Source of the DNA: Octopus vulgaris
Lineage: Eukaryota
Length of the DNA: 64,000 bases
NCBI GenBank assembly: GCA_951406725.2
Contig: OX597832.1
Coordinates: 37,758,001 to 37,822,000 of the forward strand
Direction: 5' to 3'
In this document: piece by piece, positions 52,335 to 64,000 of the stretch
Position numbering within the stretch: the stretch's first letter is position 1
How the letters are laid out: the number at the start of each line of letters is the position of its first letter
Translations under genes and position numbers: made by a program
The notes under the pieces: generated by a model
Database searches by the model: none
What the model saw: only the letters and a program-made list of their open reading frames with translations
What the model was told of the DNA's origin: nothing

Positions 52335-52689
52335 AAAACAACAAACGGAGAAAACTCCAGTTATAATAGATAAATCATAATTTTGTAAAATGAACTCAAT
52401 GCTGCATATTATGTTTAAAGACATCAGGTGAAAACTACAAACATGTTTCAATCTTATGAGACCTCGTCAGTGAAATACATTCACCTCGGTTAGATTAGAG
52501 AGAATCAGTATCTTAAAACAACAAACGGAGAAAACTCCAGTTATAATAGATAAATTCCATTTTTGCAAAATGAACACAGTACTGCGTATTGTTTAAAGAG
52601 ATCATATGAAAACTAGATATGTTTCAACCTTATGGGACCTCCTCAGTGAAATACATTCACCTCGATTAGATTAGAGAGAACAGTATCTT
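52335..52689 (-). repeat. Tandem pair of ~180-bp units, each with a hammerhead-like core
   Basis: 52335-52514 and 52515-52689 are diverged direct repeats; minus strand CTGACGAG-GTCTCATAAGATT-GAAACATGT and CTGAGGAG-GTCCCATAAGGTT-GAAACATAT. Confidence 0.85.
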
Positions 52690-52704
52690 TAATCTTTTAA
52701 CTTT

Positions 52705-52933
52705 TGTCTTTTACTTGTTTCAGTCATTAAACTGCGGTCATGCTGGTGCACCGCCTTTAAGACTTTTTAGTCGAACGTATCGACTCGAGTACTTTTTTTT
52801 CTTTTTTTTTTTTTAGACTGGTACTTATTCTATCGTTTTCTTTTGCCGAAGCGTTAAGTTACGGCGGACGTAAACACGTCAGCAGTTGTCAAGCGATGGG
52901 TGGAGGGATAAATACAGACACAAAACGCACGCG

Positions 52934-52980
<47 letters not shown>

Positions 52981-53029
52981 ATATTTCGGAATGGTCATAT
53001 TGCCAGTTTAGCCAATAAATATTTAAACG

Positions 53030-53066
<37 letters not shown>

Positions 53067-53366
53067 ATATATATATATCATCGTTTGATGATGATATATA
53101 TGTATGTATGTGTATGTGTGTGTGTGTGGATTTGGTAGACCTAAATTGAAAGAAGCTTATCGTATGTATATGTGTGTGTGTGTATGTGTGTGTGTGTGTA
53201 CATACGACAAGCTTCTTTCAGTTTCCGTCTACCAAATTCACTCACATCGCTTTGGTCGGCCGAGGCTATAGTAAAAGACACTTGCCCAAGGTGCCATGTT
53301 GTGGGACTGAGCCTGGAACCATGTGGTTTGGGGGCAAGCTTCTTACCGCACAGCTACGCCTGTGCC
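52705..53366 (-). mobile_element. SINE family A, interrupted internally
   Basis: Tail 52705-52925 and head 53203-53366 are separated by microsatellites, a short insert and an inverted SINE fragment. Confidence 0.8.
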
Positions 53367-53414
53367 TATATATGGAAATCAATAGAAATAGGCTTTGCTG
53401 ATGAGATCGGAGTA

Positions 53415-53465
53415 TTAGTGGTAGTAGTAATAGGAGTAATAGTCATGTCGTTGCTTATGATTATG

Positions 53466-53507
<42 letters not shown>

Positions 53508-53641
53508 ATGGTGGTGATGGTGGTGGTGGTGGTGGTGGTGTCGGTGGTGGTGGTGGTGGTGGTTGTGGTAGATATAATGACTGCGGTGGTTATGACGGTG
53601 GAAGTTAGTCGTAGAAGTATTGATAGTAGTAGTGGTGGTAT

Positions 53642-53672
<31 letters not shown>

Positions 53673-54519
53673 TGTAGAGGTAGCAGTAAAAGCAGCCGCG
53701 GCAGAAGTAGCTGTAGTAGTAGTGGTGGTGGTGGTGGTGGTGGCGGTGGTGGCGGTAGTGGTAGCTGTAAGATTAATGGTAAACGGCCAAAAATATAAAA
53801 TTGAGATAAGTACTTGATGACAGTTGATAAATAACAGTACGGGGGAAGGTGGGAGAGAGAGAGAGAGAGTGAGAGAGAGAGGGTGAGAGAGAGAAGGCGA
53901 AAGAGAGAGAGAGAGAGAGAGAGAGAGGGTGAGAGAGAGAAGGCGAAAGAGAGAGAGAGAGAGAGAAAGGTGACGGTAGCATTGATAGCTGTGGCAATTG
54001 TGATGGCGATGGTGGTGAAAGAGGTGTTGACAGTGAATGGGACAACTGTGGTGGTGGTGGGCATGGGGGTGGGAAGGTTGCAATGGTGGTGGTGAGAAGG
54101 GGGAGGTGATGGAGGTAGTTGTTGTAGTAGTGGTGGTGGTTGTGTTGGTGACGGGAGTAGTGGCGGTAGTGGTTTTAGTGGTGGTGGTGGTGGTGGTGGT
54201 GGTGGTGGTGGTGATGCGATTGCTGTGTTGGTAGTGTTGATTGTAGAGGTTGTAGTGGTGGTGGTAGTGGTGGTGGTGTTGTTGTGATAAGTGTGGTGGT
54301 CAAGATAAGGACGAAGCAGTACAATGTCGTTAAGCTCATCTCAATGCTGATCGAGCTGACCGGCCTCCAAAGACATTCCAGATGCGACCACCTCATACAA
54401 TGGCTATCAGAATTACAAAAATGTCGCCTTTTCCTTATTCAAGGCAATAAAGGTCGATTTGATTGCTATTTTTAACTATTCACGTGATTGTGTGAATGTA
54501 TAGCAGCAGCAACAGCAGC

Positions 54520-54586
<67 letters not shown>

Positions 54587-54705
54587 TGTGTTGGTGGTGG
54601 TGGTAGCATTATTAGTAGTAGTAGTGTTGGTGGTGGTGGTGGTAGTATTATTATTAGTAGTAGTGTTGGTGGTGGTGGTGGTGGTGGTGGTAGTGGTGGT
54701 GGTCA
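53415..54705. repeat. Large mosaic of (GTA)n/(GTG)n/(GA)n simple repeats
   Basis: Directly visible; source of the poly-V/S/T/H/L ORFs. Confidence 0.9.
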
Positions 54706-55013
54706 GGATAAGAATGGCGTAAAACTGCAAGTGTAACTCCCTGTGTAAGTTGTTGAATGATAAACGCCTTAAGAAAACGAAGTTCAAGTGGATGCCAGAG
54801 TTATATCAATCACTTCCTGTGGGGTGGTACTGCGTCGGTACCCGAACAAACACACCAAAACACACACATACGCACACGTACGCACATTCAGGTGCTTGAT
54901 CAAAAATACATACCCGTACCCATGCACCCCTGAACTGGAAACACTTAATCAATGGTAGAGATATGCACGTTGGGTGGATATATTTCAGTGAATATGTGAC
55001 GTATGCATATACA

Positions 55014-55410
55014 TACTCTTTTTACTCTTTTACTCTTTACTCTTTTACTTGTTTCAGTCATTTAACTGCGGCCATGCTGGAGCACCGCCTTTAGTCGAGC
55101 AAATCGACCCCGGGACTTATTCTTTGTAAGCCCAGTACTTATTCTATCGGTCTATTTTGCCCCGAACCGCTAAGTTACGGGGACGTAAACACACCAGCAT
55201 CGGTTGTCAAGCAATGCTAGGGGGACAAACACAGACACAAAAACATATACACACACACTTATATATATACATATATACGACAGGCTTCTTTCAGTTTCCG
55301 TCTACCAAATCCACTCACAAGGCATTGGTCGGCCCGGGGCTATTTCGGAAGACACTTGCCCAAGATGCTACGCAGTGGGACTGAACCCGGAACCATGTGG
55401 TTGGTTAGCA
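55014..55410 (-). mobile_element. SINE family A, young, 5'-truncated, with (GAGTAAAA)n tail
   Basis: Nearly consensus body; tandem TACTCTTT tail at 55014-55048. Confidence 0.92.
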
Positions 55411-55421
55411 ATGTGTGTGTT

Positions 55422-55500
<79 letters not shown>

Positions 55501-55503
55501 GTG

Positions 55504-55551
<48 letters not shown>

Positions 55552-55553
<2 letters not shown>

Positions 55554-55730
55554 CTCTTCATTTTTTTTCTTCTCTCCACCTGTTTTCTTTCCTCATTCCA
55601 TTCTGCAGAAGAGCGTAGGCTCGAAACATCAAAGTCATCCTCTATTTTGCCCGAGCGTTAAACTTGTTTGTTGTTCACTCACCCCTCTCTGTCGATTGCT
55701 GTTTTTCTTTTGGCATAATTTTGAACTATA
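55552..55730 (+). mobile_element. Short Penelope-pLTR-like element with a degenerate hammerhead-like core (same family as 5677-5890)
   Basis: TT-CTGCAGA-AGAGCGTAGGCTC-GAAA-CATC-AAA at 55601-55633; ends TTTGAACTATATA. Confidence 0.5.
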
Positions 55731-55742
55731 TATATTCTTGTT

Positions 55743-56248
<506 letters not shown>

Positions 56249-56287
56249 ATATATATATATAAAAGGTTACGGAGCACTGGTCTAGTG

Positions 56288-56618
56288 CTGTGATTCTTAA
56301 CTGGGGCTCATATGATCTCTTGGAGTTCATGTAAGATTTTTAGTGTCCTACACAAGCAAAAGAGTAAATTGGGTTCACAATATGTTATGGGTCCATGAAA
56401 AAATTTTGTTTTAAATGTATTTATTGCAAGAAACAACTCAGTTTCTTCCTCTGGTGGTTTTTCATAGATTAGCCGACACAATTTAATGCGTGAAAAGCAA
56501 AATAACAATTTTAGAATATAAAAACGGAATTTTGAAAGAAATATCTATGAAGCTAGTTTGTGAAAACGAATGGCTATGGGATTCCATCATATAAAAAAAA
56601 AGTGGTTGAGGGCCTCTG
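56288..56618. mobile_element. Decayed hAT-type MITE
   Basis: Degenerate TIRs CTGTGATTCTTAAC / GTTGAGGGCCTCTG; flanks GTCTAGTG / GTTTTGGG (5 of 8 match). Confidence 0.55.
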
Positions 56619-57150
56619 GTTTTGGGAGAAGAAGACATCTGTTTACTCGTGTTTCGGCCTCAGTAAGCGTCATCAACACAACAGCTTACTTCGTTTCTTA
56701 ATTCTGGCAGACGGAGATGCCTGCGCATATATTAGAATGCATTTAAGGACTGTGTATGATGCATAAATGAAAGAAAACTGAGCTGAGAGATATAAATTAG
56801 AGTGGTCAGTATCATGCATTTCAAGAAGAAATTCAACTAGACGTGTATGTGATATATTCAATGACTTCCAAGATAAATTCTTGATTTATTGAAGCTCTTT
56901 CTGCATCAAACAACGGTAGAACAATCACACGGTTGCAACTGAGGTCGATTATATATGCATACGTACATACACACACACATACATACATACATACATACAT
57001 ACATACATACATACATGCATATATAAATTACAGATAAAAGCACTATTAGGCAAATCAAACAGTGAAAAACATAAACCAAAGCAGAAATAAAATTAATTAA
57101 CATAATATGCAAAAATCAAACAATGATTTGCCTAATAGTGGTTTTATCTC

Positions 57151-57201
<51 letters not shown>

Positions 57202-57252
57202 TGTAAAATTAGATTTAATCCTAAATCTAATTTTTCCTAGTGGTTTTATCTC

Positions 57253-57716
<464 letters not shown>

Positions 57717-57800
57717 TATATATATATATATATATACTGTAAAATTAGATTTAATCCTAAATCTAATTTTTCCTTGTAAGTTTGGATTTCCTCCCTAATA

Positions 57801-57905
<105 letters not shown>

Positions 57906-58019
57906 CATATACATATATAAACACTTATATATATACATATACACACACTTATATAAAGGTATCTAATGAATATATGAATGTATTTGTGTGTTTATATGTA
58001 TGTGTGTGTGTATGCATAT

Positions 58020-58170
58020 ACTTGTGCTTGTGCCTTTCCCTACCCCACCGGTGTTGGTCGGTTTACATTTCCGAAAAAATGGTACCAATAGAATAAGTAC
58101 CAGACTACATAAATAAGAATAAACATTCGGGGTCGATTTGTTCGACTAAGCCCTTCAAGACATGGCCGCA
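58020..58170 (+). mobile_element. SINE family A, 3' half
   Basis: ATAGAATAAGTACCAG..GGGGTCGATTTGTTCGACTAAG..CATGGCCGCA. Confidence 0.7.
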
Positions 58171-58172
58171 CC

Positions 58173-58334
58173 AGGCGCAGGTGTGGCTGTGTGGTAAAAA
58201 GCTTGCTTCCCAACCACATGGTTCTGGGTTCAGTCCCGCTATATGACACCTTGGGCAAGTGTTTTCTACTATAGCCTCGGCCGACCAAAAGCTTGTTGGA
58301 TTTGCTGGACGGAAACTGAAAGAAGCCTGTCATA

Positions 58335-58370
<36 letters not shown>

Positions 58371-58592
58371 TGTATGTATGTATGTATGTATGTATGTGTG
58401 TGTCTGTGTTTGTCTTCCCAGCATCGCTTGACAACCGATGGTGTTGCGTTTACGTCCCCGTAACTTAGAGGTTCGGCAAAGGAGACCGATAGAGTAAGTA
58501 CTAAGCTTACAAAGAATAAATCCTAGCGTCGATTTGCTCGATTAAAGGCAGTGCTCAAGCATGGCCGCAGTCAGATGACTGAAACAAGTACA
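58173..58592 (+). mobile_element. SINE family A, full length
   Basis: AGGCGCAGGTGTGGCTGTGTGGTAAAAAGCTTGC..(TATG)n..GACTGAAACAAGTA. Confidence 0.92.
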
Positions 58593-58883
58593 AGGGAGTT
58601 AATATAATAATAATAATAATGAATATAAGGATTATTACGAAGTAGCTTTAGCATTGTCCGTAATTCCTTTTGATATATATATACAGCCTCAAACAGACCT
58701 ACATATGTTTCTATTACATCGATTAGTATCCGTTGCAATTGCAATCTCACCGGTGCAGTCTCTTCAGGGTCTTTACTTTAACATCCTTTGATATAACAGT
58801 TATTTATATATGCATGTATTTATCTATTTATGTGTGTATGTACACAGACACACACACACACACACAAAGACACACACTCCTCT

Positions 58884-58928
<45 letters not shown>

Positions 58929-59262
58929 GCACATATAGGACAAAGAACGTGAGAAATCGAGATTGAGAATCTTTAGTATAAAGATATAGACAAGCTGTGG
59001 TGATGTTAAATGGCTGAATGTAAGATATAAATCTAGCGACATAGAAAACTGTTTCAGTTGTTCATTAGAAGTGCTTTCATAGAAATATAATTAATATCAT
59101 TTAATTATATCCTATAATTATAATTGAGATTGTAAAACTCACAGGAGGAGAAAAGCACTTTACTACTTATTAAGTCCGGACTACATTAAACTGGCAATAG
59201 TCAGAAGTATCTTAGGATTTACGTGTGTGTTTTTTCACAAATTGCATGCACACATACACAAT

Positions 59263-59328
<66 letters not shown>

Positions 59329-59478
59329 AGAACAATCTTACTTAGAAATGGATGCGTGCGTTCCTTCAAATAATAAATTAATTGGTGTCCTGTACCCATA
59401 TATGCATGTATATATACATGTAGAGGTAGGTACGTACATATATGTATGTATATATGCATATGTTCTATTTATTAATTT

Positions 59479-59512
<34 letters not shown>

Positions 59513-59526
59513 AACTTTTATTTTAT

Positions 59527-59738
59527 TCTTTTACTTGTTTCAGTCATTTGACAGCGGCTGAGCTGGAACATCGCCATTAATCGAATAAATCGACCCCAGG
59601 ACTTCTTCTTCGTAAGCCTAGTACTTATTCTATCGGTTTCTTTTGTCGAACCGCTAAGTTACGGGAACGTAAACACACCAGCATTGGTTGTCAAACGATG
59701 TTGGGGGAACAAACACAGACACACAAACATATACACAC

Positions 59739-59788
<50 letters not shown>

Positions 59789-59949
59789 GACTGGCTTCTT
59801 TCAGTTTCCGTCTACCAAATCCACTCAAAAGGATTTGGTCGGCCCGAGGCTATAGTAGAAGACACTTGCCCAAGGTGCCACGCAGTGGGACTGAACTCGG
59901 AACCATGTGGTTGCGAAGCAAGCTGCTTACCACACAGCCGCTCCCGCCC
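59527..59949 (-). mobile_element. SINE family A, full length
   Basis: Complete tail, body and head on the reverse strand. Confidence 0.92.
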
Positions 59950-60131
59950 CTACATCACCGAGTTTAAACTGGCAATAGTCAGAAGCGTCATAGTCAAGAT
60001 TTATATAAACAGTCATACACACACACACACACACACACGATGTATATGTGTATATGCATGCACGCTTATAAACATATAAAAGTATAAATACATATGTTTA
60101 CGTGTGTATATGCATCTTTGCGGATCTATAC

Positions 60132-61650
<1,519 letters not shown>

Positions 61651-61863
61651 CTCAGAAAGGCACAAAACACAACAATAGAAACGTACAATTGTATATCACA
61701 TAATATCAATAACAGAAATTATGTGTGAATGTCTGCACCCACCATATTGCATTTCAATTAACGCACACATATACACACGCACCCCCTCCTCACACACACA
61801 CAAACACACAGACATGTGTGTGTGTGTGTGTGTCTGTGTTATTTCAAACTCATCGTTGTGTAA

Positions 61864-63160
61864 TTAGGTTGTCCGGAATGTTCTGGGCGGTTTTTAATAT
61901 GCAAAAAAGGGATATAAATTATTGACCTTTCAATAAATTTTATTCAATGAAATAATTTCCATTATTATTAATGACCTCTGCTCATCTATCAGGCAATTTA
62001 AATATTCCATCAGCATAAAATTTGACTGGTTTCGAAGAAAAAAATAGTTATTTAGATGGTTTTTGACTCCGTCTAAATCGTTAAATGTTTTCCTTGCAAT
62101 GAGTTCTGTAGAGACAAAAACAAGTGGTAGTTGGATGGCGCAATATCAGGAGAATATGGTGGATGGGGTAAGAGATCCCAGTCAAGTTCATGTAACTTTG
62201 TTCCAGTAGCCAAAGAGACATGTAGTCGGGTATCGTCTCGTTGGAACTCTACCCCTCTCCTGTTGGCAATTTCCGGCTTCAATTCTTTGATTTTTTGGTT
62301 CAGATAATCCTTCTAGCAACAGTGCACATCAGAATTAATGATCTGGTTTTATCTGAGAAGCTCATAATAAATACTGCTTTTATGATCGAACCAAACACAA
62401 AACATAGTTTTTTGGCTTGGATATTCACCTTTGATCACTGTTTTGGGGATCCTAACGTAAACTCCAGGATCTTTTTCACGCTACGTTTTCGTACACAATC
62501 CATTTTTTATCTCCATTCACAAGTTGTTTAAAAAAAGGCATGCTTCCATTCCGTTTTAAAAGCATATCACAAACGGAATACAGGTCCAAGCAATTCTTTT
62601 CTAGGAGTTGGGGAAGGACCCATACATTATAGCGAGAAATATATCCTAAAATATATCCTAGCTTCACTAGTTATTCATGCGCCGTACTTTTAGAAACTTC
62701 GAACACCTCTGCAAGTTCTCTAGTCGTGATATTTGTGTTTTCTTCGATTTTTGCCTTCAAAACATTTTCATCCACTTTTGAAGGGCTACCATTGCGACAG
62801 TCATCTTCCAAGCTAAACTCTCCAGCTTCAAATTTAGTGAACCACCTTCGAACAGTTCATTCACCGACAGCATCGTCACCATAAACTTCACATATGTTTT
62901 CGCAAGTCTTTGAAGAACTTCCTCCTTTTTAAAAAAGAAAAGCATTACAACGAGAATATGAAATCTTTGGTTATCCATATCAAATGTCAATACGGGGTAC
63001 CCGGAATGAAAGATGAATCTATTTTTAGTCAGGACCAAAGAAGAGATGCATTACAACTTCAAGCAACGCCAGAGTTTTAACTGTGTTATGTTTCAGGTGT
63101 GTTCAATGAAGCGTTAAAAGGTTTAGCTTATAAACGCTCAGAACTTTCCGGACAACCTAA
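61864..63160 (-). mobile_element. Full-length (~1.3 kb) inactive mariner element
   Basis: TIRs TTAGGTTGTCCGGAATGTTCTGGGCG (61864) and CGCTCAGAACTTTCCGGACAACCTAA (ending 63160), followed by TA; transposase remnant inside. Confidence 0.95.
61940..62978 (-). pseudogene. Mariner (DD34D) transposase pseudogene
   Basis: MDNQRFHILVVMLFFFKK..ICEVYGDDAV..TVRRWFTKF..VWVLPQL (WVPHEL)..VNGDKKWIVYEN..FQRDDTRLH..HPPYSPDIAPSNYHLF..NNNGNYFIE*; multiple stops and frameshifts. Confidence 0.95.
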
Positions 63161-63224
63161 TATTATATTTGAGATTAATTATGCATATATGAGTGCGTTT
63201 GTAACTGCTTATATCTATATATAG

Positions 63225-63270
<46 letters not shown>

Positions 63271-63274
63271 CGAG

Positions 63275-63430
63275 GGCTTCCCACAGACTCCGTCTACCAA
63301 ATTCACTCACAAGGTATTGGTTAGCTCTAAAGAATAGCGCAAGACACTGGTATAAGGTGCCGTGCAATGATGGGACTGAACCCAAAACCACGTGCTTGCA
63401 AAGCGTGATCCGTAACCACACAGCCATGCT
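63275..63430 (-). mobile_element. SINE family A, 5' half, diverged
   Basis: TCCGTCTACCAAATTCACTCACAAGG..GGGACTGAACCC..AACCACACAGCCATGC. Confidence 0.75.
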
Positions 63431-63517
63431 TATGTTTCTCATCCCTTATAAGAATTAGCAATAATGATTAAATTTCAGCTAAGCCAATTATGATTTCTAT
63501 TGTTGTTGTTATTATTA

Positions 63518-63745
63518 GGGTAGAGAAGTCGGCGGATCGTTAGATTCGGCAGTGAGGCGAACAAAACGCTTTGTGCTAATTACTTCCGCCGTTTTACATT
63601 CTGAGCTCAATTTCCGACGTGGACAACTTTGCATTTCATCGTTAAGGAGGATCGATAAAATGAATGTCAGTTAATTATTGGGATCGATACAAAAGACTAT
63701 TCCCTTCCTGCACAAAGGCTATGGCTGTGTGCCTCTACTGGAAAG
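63518..63745 (+). mobile_element. SINE family B, diverged
   Basis: GGCGGATCGTTAGA..CTGAGCTCAATTTCC..ACTTTGCATTTCATC..TCGATAAAATGA. Confidence 0.65.
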
Positions 63746-64000
63746 AGCAACAACGGCATTGGTGTTCTGGTCGGAAGACCTTTTCATTCTTCATTGATTA
63801 TTCGCTGTTTTGCTACCATGATCGAGTTAACTTATAATCGAAGGGTTTCCATGCATGACCATCTCTCCTTTTATTAGACATATATAAATACATTATATGT
63901 TTTACATATATATACATATACACGTCTGTATTAATGTACTCGACTCCCCTTGCGATCGCAGAGTGATTTAAAAGGAATATAGTTGCTATTTCTAGCATAT

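Noticed and set aside
53172-54083. 200-230-aa ORFs resembling mucin or membrane proteins
   Set aside because: Composed of a SINE head plus (GTA)/(GTG)/(GA) repeats, open in several frames on both strands.
54284-54475. 63-aa non-repetitive ORF
   Set aside because: Overlaps a diverged copy of interspersed repeat family G; no splice or domain support.

Overview
AT-rich, repeat-saturated, non-coding eukaryotic DNA. No intact protein-coding exon, tRNA gene, functional rRNA gene or CRISPR array is recognisable, and almost every ORF in the supplied track is a translated microsatellite. The very dense (TA)n/(CA)n/(GATA)n/(TAA)n arrays and the tRNA-headed SINE families point to an octopod cephalopod intron or intergenic region (inference, not verified). 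Supported content: a full-length dead mariner (61864-63160); a maT-like Tc1/mariner end fragment; a decayed L1/Tx1-like ORF2 3' end; a Penelope-type GIY-YIG remnant; a 5S rRNA pseudogene; hAT MITEs (one with a perfect 8-bp TSD); a 435-bp MITE with a 7-bp TSD and internal telomere-like repeats; and more than 35 SINE copies or fragments from about six modular families. The most interesting signal is about eight short elements in or beside microsatellites that carry degenerate minimal hammerhead-ribozyme-like cores, some in tandem or inverted arrangements typical of Penelope pseudo-LTRs. Family names come from pattern recognition, not database searches, and most boundaries are approximate.
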